The position numbers and the translations under genes were made by a program. Source: Aulosira sp. ZfuVER01 (GTDB taxonomy: Bacteria; Cyanobacteriota; Cyanobacteriia; Cyanobacteriales; Nostocaceae). From it: a DNA stretch of 64,000 nucleotides. The DNA is taken from NCBI GenBank assembly GCA_034530615.2, contig JAVRCV020000034.1, positions 1 to 64,000 on the forward strand. The letters are read 5' to 3'. The notes beneath the pieces were generated by a model. The model had not been told where the DNA came from. It saw only the letters and a list, made by a program, of their open reading frames with translations, and did not search any database. This document shows positions 50,449-59,779 of this stretch, piece after piece. Positions within the stretch are counted from its first letter, which is position 1, and every line of letters begins with the position of its first letter.

Positions 50449-52680
50449 ATGTGGACAAAAGTTAGGCAACTACTTTGGCAATGGCGTAGCTTATGGATTA
50501 TTACCCCTAGTGTTGCCGGATTGATTCTCTTGCTCCGCTTATCTGGGTTTTTACAGTTCCCAGAGTGGACATTATTCGATCAATATGTGCGTTTACGTCC
50601 CCCAGAACCACCTGACGATCGCATTGTAATTGTTGGTATTGATGAAGAAGATTTACACGAACTAATTGGACAGGACTACATTCCAGATAGTTTACTCGCT
50701 AAGTTACTCGTAAAACTACAACAGAGAAAGCCTAGAGCCATAGGTTTAGATATTTATCGCGATTTACCTGTAGAACCAGGACATACAGAATTAGTCAAAG
50801 TTTTTCAAAATAGTTCCAATATAATTGGTATCCAGCAACTTACCGGAGCAGGCGTTCCTCCTTCCCCTGTACTCAAAGCTAAGGGACAAATAGGCGCTAA
50901 TGGTTTACTGATTGACGCAGATGCTAAAGTCAGGCGGGGATTTTTGTCTATTAGCGATCGCAAAGGCGAAAAGATTTGGAGCTTTGGAATGCTGCTGGCT
51001 TTACGTTATTTGCAACCGCAAGGAATCATTCCTCCCCCAATTGATGCACCTAGATATCGCTTGGGAAAAACTTTATTTCCGGCTTTTGGTGCAAATGATG
51101 GTGCTTATGTGCGAGCTGATGCTAGCAAATACCAAATTTTATTGAATTATCGGGGGTCAAAACAGTCCTTTCACTCGGTTTCGATGAGAGATGTGTTGCA
51201 AGATCGTCTACCAGCAGATTGGGGACGCGATCGCATCATCTTAATTGGTAATGTAGGAGAAATCTTTGAAGATTTCGTCTTTTCTCCCTTCAATAGCGGT
51301 TTTCCTTTGGGTATCGAACGCACACCCAGGGTAGAAATCCATGCTAATCAAATTAGCCAAATTATTAGCAGTGTAATCGATCGGCGTCCTTTGATTAAAA
51401 CTCTATCAGAACCATTAGAATGGTTGTGGATTTTGTTATGGTCGGGAGTGGGTGCTACCCTGATTTGGGAATTGCGATACGTTGGTGGAATAACGAAAGT
51501 TTCATTTCATAAAGTAATCGCTCCTTTTCTCGCGGCGATCGCTTTAATAGGTATGACTTTTCTGGCTTTTTTAGGCGGTTGGTGGATACCAGTTGTACCG
51601 CCATTATTAGCTTTAGCAGGAAGTGCGATCGCGGTTACAGCTTACCTGGCGCGCACAGCTGGTGCAATTCGCAAAACTTTTGGTCGTTACTTAACTAATG
51701 AAATAGTTGCGAATTTATTAGAAAATCCTGAAGGACTCAAGCTAGGGGGTGAACGACGCAAAATTACCATCCTTACCTCCGATTTACGCGGATTTACAGC
51801 CATATCTGAGCGCTTACCTGCTGAAGAAGTTATTAAAATTATCAATCTCTACTTAGGTTACATGGCTGATGTAATTACCCAGTACCAAGGAACGATTGAT
51901 GAATTCATGGGAGATGGGATTTTGGTGCTTTTTGGCGCTCCCACCAATAGAGAAGATGATGCCACAAGAGCGATCGCTTGTGCCGTAGCCATGCAATTAG
52001 CGATGGAGCCTGTTAACGAAACCATGAAACAACTAGGATTACCCCATTTGGAAATGGGGATTGGGATTAATACTGGTGAAGTTGTAGTAGGTAACATTGG
52101 CTCAGAGAAACGCAGTAAATATGGCATTGTTGGCAACCAAGTTAACCTTACCTATCGGATAGAATCCTATAGTGTTGGCGGGCAAATTTTGATTTCTGAA
52201 TCAACCTTCCAAGAGGTAGGTTCGTTAGTCAGAATTGATGAACAAAAAGCAGTTCAACCAAAAGGTGTACAGCAACCTATCACAATTTATCAAATTGGCG
52301 GTATTGGTGGAGAATATAATCTTTATCTACCTATAGAAGAAGAGATATTTTTTAATTTACCGGAAGCAATTCCGCTACAATATGCAGCTTTGGATGGTAA
52401 GCATATTGATACCTCAATGATGGCAGGAGAGTTGATAAAGATTTCATTAAAATCAGCAGAAATCAGTGTTGAGCATAGTGCAAATTCTGTAGTTTTAGCT
52501 CCTTTAACTAATCTCAAGCTGAATCTACTGATGCCTGATAGTGAGGCATTCAGCGAAGATATATATGCTAAGGTTGTAAAACAAGCAACAAAAAATAGTT
52601 TTTATATTCACTTTACAAATAAGCCACCAGATCTTGAAAAACAATTAAGCACACTATATAACTCAATCAAAACAAGTTGA
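50449..52680 (+). CDS. CHASE2-domain class III adenylate/guanylate cyclase
   Basis: IVIVGIDE, IGLDIYRD, three TMs, SDLRGFT, FMGDG, GINTG, GNQVN. Confidence 0.92.
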   Translation: MWTKVRQLLWQWRSLWIITPSVAGLILLLRLSGFLQFPEWTLFDQYVRLRPPEPPDDRIVIVGIDEEDLHELIGQDYIPDSLLAKLLVKLQQRKPRAIGLDIYRDLPVEPGHTELVKVFQNSSNIIGIQQLTGAGVPPSPVLKAKGQIGANGLLIDADAKVRRGFLSISDRKGEKIWSFGMLLALRYLQPQGIIPPPIDAPRYRLGKTLFPAFGANDGAYVRADASKYQILLNYRGSKQSFHSVSMRDVLQDRLPADWGRDRIILIGNVGEIFEDFVFSPFNSGFPLGIERTPRVEIHANQISQIISSVIDRRPLIKTLSEPLEWLWILLWSGVGATLIWELRYVGGITKVSFHKVIAPFLAAIALIGMTFLAFLGGWWIPVVPPLLALAGSAIAVTAYLARTAGAIRKTFGRYLTNEIVANLLENPEGLKLGGERRKITILTSDLRGFTAISERLPAEEVIKIINLYLGYMADVITQYQGTIDEFMGDGILVLFGAPTNREDDATRAIACAVAMQLAMEPVNETMKQLGLPHLEMGIGINTGEVVVGNIGSEKRSKYGIVGNQVNLTYRIESYSVGGQILISESTFQEVGSLVRIDEQKAVQPKGVQQPITIYQIGGIGGEYNLYLPIEEEIFFNLPEAIPLQYAALDGKHIDTSMMAGELIKISLKSAEISVEHSANSVVLAPLTNLKLNLLMPDSEAFSEDIYAKVVKQATKNSFYIHFTNKPPDLEKQLSTLYNSIKTS

Positions 52681-52783
52681 GTAAACTCGCTCTGACTGCT
52701 GATGCTGGAGAAATTATTCTTGCGGCATTATCTCCCATTACAATAAAACCTAGCAAAGGCAAATTAGTATCTATTTTAGGTAT

Positions 52784-53362
52784 ATGTCTATTAAAAATCA
52801 GAAACTTTTGTATCACTTGACTTCTTTGGATAATTTTGAGTCTATCCTGAATAATGGTTTATTAGCACGTAACAATATTGGAGACTTTGATGATGTAGCT
52901 GAATTGGATATTATTAATTTTAGAAAAGAAAAGAATTTAACTAGATATGTTCCTTTTCACTTTTTTGCCAAAAATCCCTTTGATGGAAGAGTTCAAAAAA
53001 ACTTTCCTGATAAAGAGTTTATTTACATCTGCGTTAAGAGAGATTTTGCGAAAAATAATAATTTTCTCATAATCCCTAAACATCCTAGAGCTATGAAAAG
53101 TTTAATCTTATATGAATATTTAGAAGGCTATCAAATGATAGAATGGGATATAATGGATAAAAGAGATTATGCAGATGACAATTGCAGACATATCTGTATG
53201 GCAGAGTGTTTGTCACCCAAGACAATTAGTCATAGTGACTTCAGCCATATTTTCGTTAGAAGTCAGGATACTCAAGATTTTATTAACGAAATATGTTCCT
53301 ATATCTTAGGGGATTTGCCTAATTTTTATGTCAACGTTAATCCCAACATGTTTATTGATTGA
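52784..53362 (+). CDS. darT: DarT ssDNA ADP-ribosyltransferase toxin (DUF4433)
   Basis: YHLT..N..SIL..GLL, YVPFHF, MAECL (catalytic Glu position); directly upstream of a macrodomain gene. Confidence 0.85.
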   Translation: MSIKNQKLLYHLTSLDNFESILNNGLLARNNIGDFDDVAELDIINFRKEKNLTRYVPFHFFAKNPFDGRVQKNFPDKEFIYICVKRDFAKNNNFLIIPKHPRAMKSLILYEYLEGYQMIEWDIMDKRDYADDNCRHICMAECLSPKTISHSDFSHIFVRSQDTQDFINEICSYILGDLPNFYVNVNPNMFID

Positions 53363-53365
53363 TCT

Positions 53366-54385
53366 ATGTTCAAATTTACTGTTGGCGATATTTTAGAATC
53401 TACCACAGAATGCTTGGTCAACACAGTTAACTGTGAGGGATACATGGGCAAGGGAATTGCCTATCAGTTTAAATTAAGATTTCCTGAGAATAACAAAGAA
53501 TATATTAAAGCTTGTAGGAATAAATCTCTTAAGATAGGGACAATACACTATTTTTGTGAACAAGGAAAGTTAATTATAAATTTTCCGACAAAGGATAAGT
53601 GGAGACAAAAATCAAAAATTGATTATATTCATCAAGGTCTGACAGAATTAGTTAAATTGATACCAATATTAAATATTAAATCTATAGCTATTCCACCATT
53701 AGGTTGTGGTAATGGTGGTTTAAATTGGACTGATGTGAAGCCAATTGTAATTAAGTATTTAACTCCTATTTCCGATTCAATAGAAATATTAATTTATGAA
53801 CCATCTCAATATTATACAGCAAAGACTACAGAAGCTCCAAAACTAAATGCTTCACATTTAGTTTTGATGAACTTTAAGTCAAAACTACATAAATTTAATA
53901 AATTGCGACTACAAAAAACAGGGTACTTTATGAATATATTTTTGGATAAAGCTTACTTCAAGTTTTCCAAGAATAATTATGGACCTTACGCTCATTCTAT
54001 TGATATTCTCTCAAAAGATATTAAAGAATTCCAAGATTTTTATAGTGTTAATACAGAAGAAGCCTTACGTTTAGCACAAACTATGCTAATTAGTGAATCG
54101 GTAGAGCAAAAACTTAAAAGTCTTAGTAGGGCTATTGATGAAGCTACAGTCTTCGTGAATGAAATTGATAATGATGAAGATTTAGAGCTACTTTCAACAA
54201 TTTGCTATCTGTTGGAAGATGAGCAAGAATTAACAGTACAAGATATTGGTAGGAAGATAAAAGAATGGTCTCTAAGAAAGGCTGATAAATTTACTGAAAC
54301 CGATATTTTGGATGCACTCATTTTTTTGCAAAATAAACATATCATTCAACAAAATTTATTAGGCTTATATAGCCTAATAAAATAA
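53366..54385 (+). CDS. darG: DarG macrodomain antitoxin
   Basis: GDIL, VNTVNCEGYMGKGIA, NFPTK, PPLGCGNGGL; C-terminal LQK..YF, YGPY, LELLSTI. Confidence 0.88.
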   Translation: MFKFTVGDILESTTECLVNTVNCEGYMGKGIAYQFKLRFPENNKEYIKACRNKSLKIGTIHYFCEQGKLIINFPTKDKWRQKSKIDYIHQGLTELVKLIPILNIKSIAIPPLGCGNGGLNWTDVKPIVIKYLTPISDSIEILIYEPSQYYTAKTTEAPKLNASHLVLMNFKSKLHKFNKLRLQKTGYFMNIFLDKAYFKFSKNNYGPYAHSIDILSKDIKEFQDFYSVNTEEALRLAQTMLISESVEQKLKSLSRAIDEATVFVNEIDNDEDLELLSTICYLLEDEQELTVQDIGRKIKEWSLRKADKFTETDILDALIFLQNKHIIQQNLLGLYSLIK

Positions 54386-54547
54386 TGTCTTGTTAAAGCT
54401 AGCTAAGATTAGAGAACTAATTCAAAAATTCGGTTTTGCATTTGATCGTTTCTATTGTGCAAAAGTTCTCGCCTTTGTGTTTACTAGTGTTGCCAGGTAG
54501 AAAAACCTTCCTACCTAGCAAATTTTTAAAGACGAATTTTGAATCGC

Positions 54548-54916
54548 TTACAATCCCACTAATTCACGAGATTCAAAATCAGTGAGTTGTTGAGCGATCG
54601 CTAATCTTGCTTCTAACTTCGCTACACTAAATTGGTTACGCAGATATTCTAAATGCGCGATCGCATTCGCTTTGTCTGCGGTTAGTCGTAGCTGTGTATC
54701 TACTGCCTTTTGATATTCTGGATTAACTAGTAGCACTTCAAAGCGACGAGCTTTCCGTTGTGCATCGTTTTTTAAATCCATATCAAAGGAGGCGCTACGA
54801 TCTGCATTACCTTCAAATCGGTTAATTTGCTGTTGAACTGCCATCAACTGAGAATCTAATTCATTTACCCGTTGGGCAGCTTGTACTATTGCATCTGGAT
54901 AATAACTCAGTTGCAT
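54548..54916 (-). CDS. Hypothetical coiled-coil protein
   Basis: MQLSYYPDAI...LKNDAQRKA...RNQFSVAKLE; the upstream extension in the track is STRR-derived. Confidence 0.75.
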   Translation of the reverse strand: MQLSYYPDAIVQAAQRVNELDSQLMAVQQQINRFEGNADRSASFDMDLKNDAQRKARRFEVLLVNPEYQKAVDTQLRLTADKANAIAHLEYLRNQFSVAKLEARLAIAQQLTDFESRELVGL

Positions 54917-55084
54917 AATCAAATAATCTTCCTCTTGCTTGAAAATTGAAATTGGGAAATAGGGCATAGGGCATGGGGCATTGGGCATTGGTCAAGAGTC
55001 CAAAGTCCAGAGTCTAGAATCAAAAGGCTATAGTGGTTTCTTCCTTGTCCCCCTGCTCCCTGCCCCTCTGCTTCTTCTGCCTTC

Positions 55085-55348
55085 TTAAGCTGCTTCTCGT
55101 AATTGTGATGAAGCACTCATCTCTGGAAATGAGAGCGATAGTTGTTCAGCTTGTGGTACAGCAGCTTGTTCCAACACTGTCACTTCGATATTCACACTCA
55201 CCAAATAACTGCCTGTATCAGCACCAACCGCATCAGCGATTAATTTGGCAATATCTGGGCGTTTTGCAGTGAGTGGATCGCGTAAAATACACCGATCCCA
55301 TTCATGTTTGGCAGTGGGATTGAGGCTGAGAATGTAGTGCTTCATCAT
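55085..55348 (-). CDS. Hypothetical protein (87 aa)
   Basis: Clean ORF downstream of a LexA-box promoter; QLSLSF near the C-terminus. Confidence 0.72.
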   Translation of the reverse strand: MMKHYILSLNPTAKHEWDRCILRDPLTAKRPDIAKLIADAVGADTGSYLVSVNIEVTVLEQAAVPQAEQLSLSFPEMSASSQLREAA

Positions 55349-55432
55349 AGAACTAACCGTTTATTCCATCTTCCTGAAAACTGCCACAGAGCCATTCTGC
55401 GCTTAACCAGGCTTTGTGGGGGCTATACTGCT

Positions 55433-55463
55433 ATTATAGTACATTTGTACTTAATTGTGTCAA
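55433..55463 (-). promoter_or_regulatory. Sigma70-type promoter overlapped by a cyanobacterial LexA box
   Basis: Minus strand TTGACA-N19-TATAAT; palindrome AGTACATTTGTACT (55438-55451) fits RGTACNNNDGTWCB. Confidence 0.75.
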
Positions 55464-56134
55464 AAATGCAGGTAAAGCTCAACTTTGGTGAGGTTTGGTT
55501 CTTCTTGTACTTGGCTTGGGAGGGAAATTTTGGATGAGCAAATGCAGCCACCAAACCGAAGAAGTAATACCAATTCAAAAATCTCTCTTGGAAAGTTCTG
55601 ATGCCTGCGGCAACCCCTTCAGTGTACGGAGGAAACCTCCGCTCAGACTTTCCGCAAAATTCAAAATTAGGAAAGCCAGATTTAGTTTAGGTTTCAAGGT
55701 TTGTATCTGTTGCTTGATTTTGGAGAATTGCTATAAGCCCTCTTTTGTTACTTTCAGCAGAGAATAATCCCTAAGTCTTATTATTGGGTTATTTATCAAC
55801 AAGCTAAGTTAAATGAGAAAATGATCATGCGATCGCTCAATTGATGATTTTGTCTAAGGTTCAGATTGGGTAGAGTATTATTCTCTCCCCGTAGTGATAA
55901 AAGAGGGATAAGTCTACTTCAATAGACTCAGCTGCATATTTCAGTCCAATTGAGTGGACTTTCGCTAGAAGCCTTTGAACTTCAGTGTAGGCGAGATGAC
56001 AGTCAGTACTATACTTTGACTGTTGCAAACATGGGACTAACAACAAGACATCAAAGAGAAGAAGTCAATAACAACGCTCGCGTTTTCCGTATTTAATACT
56101 ACTTATATTCTATCGCATTGTATTGAGATTGAGG

Positions 56135-58228
56135 TTATTCATTCCCGAATTCCTCTCCTATCAAGTTAATAAAAGATTGCTCCCCTGCAATATCATCAAA
56201 ATCAAGATCTGTTGCGGCTTCTTCTTGATATTTTGGGTTTAATTTAATCGCCTGTTGGAGATTTTCTAAAGCTAATTCTAGGTTTCTTTGGAGTGCATAA
56301 CAAGCGGCTTTGTTGTAATAAGCACTAGCATAATCTGGTTTAATTTCGATCGCTTTGGCAAAAGAGGCGATCGCTTCTTCGTCTCGTCCTAGCCGCACCA
56401 AACTATAACCGCGTTTATCCCAAACTTTGGGGGATTCTGGTTTAATTTCGATGGCTTTGTCAAAAGAAGCGATCGCTTCGTCGTATTCTTCCAACTCTAT
56501 CAAGGCCAAGCCGCGATTCATCCAAGCAACTGCATCATCAGGCTTAACTTTCGTGGCTTGATTAAACGAGACAAAAGCTTGTTGATGTTTGCGTAAATTC
56601 CCAAACGCAACACCGCGATCGCACCAAGCTTGATGGTCATTCGGATTGATTTTTAAAGCTGTATCATAGGATGCGATCGCGGTTGCGTAGCGTTTCAACC
56701 TGGCGAGAGCTAAACCTTGTTTAAACCAAGCAACGGCGTTATCTGGCTGGATTTTAACGACTTGGCTGTAAGCTGCGATCGCGTCTTCATAGCGCTTTTC
56801 ACTAAACAGCAAATCTCCCTGTCCTAGATATTCAGCAGCAGCAATTTCTTGTGATTGTGATGGCTCCTGAATATTTTCTACAACTTCAGATTTCGTAAAA
56901 TCTGGAAGCGATGGCCCTTTAATTTCCGTTAGTTCTCCCAGAATCAGATCCTTGCGTTGTTGAGCATCTAGCTGTAATTCCGAAAGTTGCGATACAAAAT
57001 CTGTTTCTAACTTTTCTAGTTTTTCCAGAATCAGAATTTTTTGTTGTTGAGCATTTAACTGTAGTTCTGAAAATTGAGATGTAAATTCCAAGCCAGATTT
57101 TTCTAAATTTTCAATTATGATCTGTTTTTGTTTTTGAGCATCCGCCTGTAATTCAGCTATTTGGCTGGCAAATTCTGTCTGTAATTTTTTTAAATCTGCA
57201 ATAATTTTATCTTTTTGCTGTTGACTGTCAGATTGTAGTTCTAATATTTGGGATTTAAATAAACTTTCTATTTCCCCAATGTTTGCTAGGGATGTGTCTT
57301 TTTGTTTTTGAGCCTCTACCTCTAAGTTTGAGATATGCGTAGCAAATTCTGTTTGGGACGTGGCTAAACTCTCAACAAATATATTTTTTTCCTTTTCAGT
57401 TTCAGACTGCAAGCCAGATAAATGCACCGTAAATTCCGACCTAGATTTATCCAAATTTTCAAGAGTTATATCTTTTTGTTGTTCAGCGCTTACTTGCAGT
57501 TTAGATAACTCCTCAGCTAAGTCAGATTCTAATTTACGCAAATTTTCAATAGTTATATTACTTTGATTTTGGGCTTCAGACTGCAATTTTGATAATTGAG
57601 CAGCAAATTCAGTTTCCAAATTTTCTAGATTTTTCTGGATGATTTGAATTTCTGATTCTAATTTATTGATAATATTATCTTTGGCTGCTGAAAAATCTGA
57701 TGTAATTATAGATAAATTATCTTGCTCAACTTTAATCTTTTCTTTTAGAGTATCAGCTTCTTTGCCTAAATCGGTAGTTATCTGTTTAACTTGTTGAATA
57801 GCATTTTCAGCTTCTTGTTTTACCAGAGTTAACTGACTTTGTAAGTTTTCTACGCCTTCTAGCTGTGACATAGCTTGATTAACAATTTCCCGAATTGCTA
57901 CCCGTCGTAACAGCCAAACTAAAGCAATTACTGCCACTGGAAACAAGCTTAATAAGACTAGCCAGATATTAAATAACATGGTGGTACGACTAAAGTTACG
58001 CTCAAAATCAGATTGGGCTGCTTCTTGAATCTGCTTTTCTGCCCGCAGTCTTGTCAATTCTTCCCGTTCCTGATTCGATATTACCGGAGTCGGTGTCACT
58101 GCTGGTGATACAGATGGTGTAGTTTGCCCACTGACTTTACCAGTAGACAGCAAAAAGGGCGAAAAGACCATAACGCTTTGCAAAACTAAAGCGTAGATGA
58201 CTGGATTTTTGCTCTTCATAAAGACCAT
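56135..58228 (-). CDS. Membrane-anchored long coiled-coil protein with C-terminal TPRs
   Basis: Signal-like N-terminus, one TM, ~22-aa coiled-coil repeats, about 6 TPRs, YNKAACYA. Confidence 0.88.
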   Translation of the reverse strand: MVFMKSKNPVIYALVLQSVMVFSPFLLSTGKVSGQTTPSVSPAVTPTPVISNQEREELTRLRAEKQIQEAAQSDFERNFSRTTMLFNIWLVLLSLFPVAVIALVWLLRRVAIREIVNQAMSQLEGVENLQSQLTLVKQEAENAIQQVKQITTDLGKEADTLKEKIKVEQDNLSIITSDFSAAKDNIINKLESEIQIIQKNLENLETEFAAQLSKLQSEAQNQSNITIENLRKLESDLAEELSKLQVSAEQQKDITLENLDKSRSEFTVHLSGLQSETEKEKNIFVESLATSQTEFATHISNLEVEAQKQKDTSLANIGEIESLFKSQILELQSDSQQQKDKIIADLKKLQTEFASQIAELQADAQKQKQIIIENLEKSGLEFTSQFSELQLNAQQQKILILEKLEKLETDFVSQLSELQLDAQQRKDLILGELTEIKGPSLPDFTKSEVVENIQEPSQSQEIAAAEYLGQGDLLFSEKRYEDAIAAYSQVVKIQPDNAVAWFKQGLALARLKRYATAIASYDTALKINPNDHQAWCDRGVAFGNLRKHQQAFVSFNQATKVKPDDAVAWMNRGLALIELEEYDEAIASFDKAIEIKPESPKVWDKRGYSLVRLGRDEEAIASFAKAIEIKPDYASAYYNKAACYALQRNLELALENLQQAIKLNPKYQEEAATDLDFDDIAGEQSFINLIGEEFGNE

Positions 58229-58439
58229 CCCTATCTGTTGCTCAGTTTTTTAAAGCGGCGTACCTCTCCAATCTATAACAGATTATTAAGTTGTGAGATA
58301 TTAGCAGCAGCAATTCAGAACGCACTACCCGTTTGTGGGGAACTTGGGGTCTGAGACAGAACCAAGATGCGATCGCGTCAACAAGTTAATAATGTAGTTA
58401 AGCCTTGACCTGATTACATTGCCTCTGGATTCTTAGCAG

Positions 58440-59708
58440 ATGTCACAAAATCCCTTCTACGTTGGTGGCCCAGTACCTCCAGATTACTTTTTCGGCCGCA
58501 ATTCTGAAGTTAGAATCGCTTTCGACCAAATTTCCCGACGTGCCCATTTAGCAATCTATGGTAGTCCTGGGATGGGCAAGTCTTCTTTGTTACGCTACTT
58601 AGCTTCACCCATAGTCTGGCAAGCACGAGGACGAGATGCAAGCGCAGCATTTATTATTTCTATCAACTGTACAGGTATAAGTCCTTTCACACCTTCTGGT
58701 TTTTGGCGAGAAATTCTCAGTCTGTTGCAAGATGAAGCTGAAGGTGATGACTCTCTACAAGCTGATATTCAACAGTTATTGCAAGAAGAAAGGGTAGAGA
58801 AAGGAGACTTGCGCCGAATGCTGCGGAAAATTGGGCAGCGTGACAAGTTCTTATTGCTGTTGTTAGATGATTATGATGCGGCGCTGCACCCAAATGACCA
58901 ATACACTGAAGCTCAAATGCTCACCTTCTTGAGTGAATTCCGCGATCTAGCAGTTCACAGCAATGAAGGTAAATATCTTTCAACAATTGTTACTACCTTT
59001 CGCCGCCTCAACGAACTTGGCCCGACAATTACCCCTGGTGGTTCGCCGTGGTATAACCATTATCTCTTCCGGCTCCTGCGACCTTTACCCGCCAATGAGG
59101 TTAATTCCCGACTTAACATCTCTATTCCTGGTAATTTGCGAGCAGGAGTTTTAGAAATCATTGACGGGCACCCAGCATTACTGCAAAATGCAGGTTATCT
59201 GCTCTATGACACCATCCAAGCTGGACAAACTCCCGATATTCAGTCTTTTACAAGAGATTTTGAAAGCGCTACCGAGCAATACTTCCGAGATACATGGAGA
59301 TTTTCTACTGAAGAAGAGCAGATTCTCTTAATGCTGATTGCTCTTGTGCGTCTTCAGGGTCGCTTAAATAGAAATACCCGCTACTCTCTAGGTGACATTG
59401 ACCTAGTTTTCAGCCAACGGAGTCGAGAACTAATTGATTTGGAAGAACGAGGAGTAATTCAGCGCACATTAGATGAGGGGAAAACTGTTTACACTTTTAA
59501 TTCATCAATGATGGAGTGGTGGGTAATTCAAGAAATCTACAACACTAACGAGGCGCAACTGGAAGGACGGGAGAAAGTTTTTCTCAATTTAATGAGCCGC
59601 GAGCAAGCAGGTACAGTTAAAAAAGCGATCCGTTGGGTATGGCAGCATCGAGATATCGTCCAGTCCTTAGTATGGATTATTCGCAAACTCGGAGGCGACC
59701 CTACTTGA
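58440..59708 (+). CDS. STAND/AAA-type ATPase without an evident effector domain
   Basis: NPFYVGGPV..FFGR, GSPGMGKSS, LLLLDDYD, GHPALLQ. Confidence 0.85.
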   Translation: MSQNPFYVGGPVPPDYFFGRNSEVRIAFDQISRRAHLAIYGSPGMGKSSLLRYLASPIVWQARGRDASAAFIISINCTGISPFTPSGFWREILSLLQDEAEGDDSLQADIQQLLQEERVEKGDLRRMLRKIGQRDKFLLLLLDDYDAALHPNDQYTEAQMLTFLSEFRDLAVHSNEGKYLSTIVTTFRRLNELGPTITPGGSPWYNHYLFRLLRPLPANEVNSRLNISIPGNLRAGVLEIIDGHPALLQNAGYLLYDTIQAGQTPDIQSFTRDFESATEQYFRDTWRFSTEEEQILLMLIALVRLQGRLNRNTRYSLGDIDLVFSQRSRELIDLEERGVIQRTLDEGKTVYTFNSSMMEWWVIQEIYNTNEAQLEGREKVFLNLMSREQAGTVKKAIRWVWQHRDIVQSLVWIIRKLGGDPT

Positions 59709-59779
59709 GAAGTAATTGTCACCTGGCTTATGCTTAAGGTATAGATGGATCTACTTCCTTCGGGGAGGAGTTGGCGAGA

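Noticed and set aside
55495..56046. Short ORFs (90 aa and 61 aa) between the LexA promoter and the TPR gene
   Set aside because: They run through dispersed palindromic repeats (e.g. AGTCTACTTCAATAGACT…AGTCCAATTGAGTGGACT) and show no protein motif.
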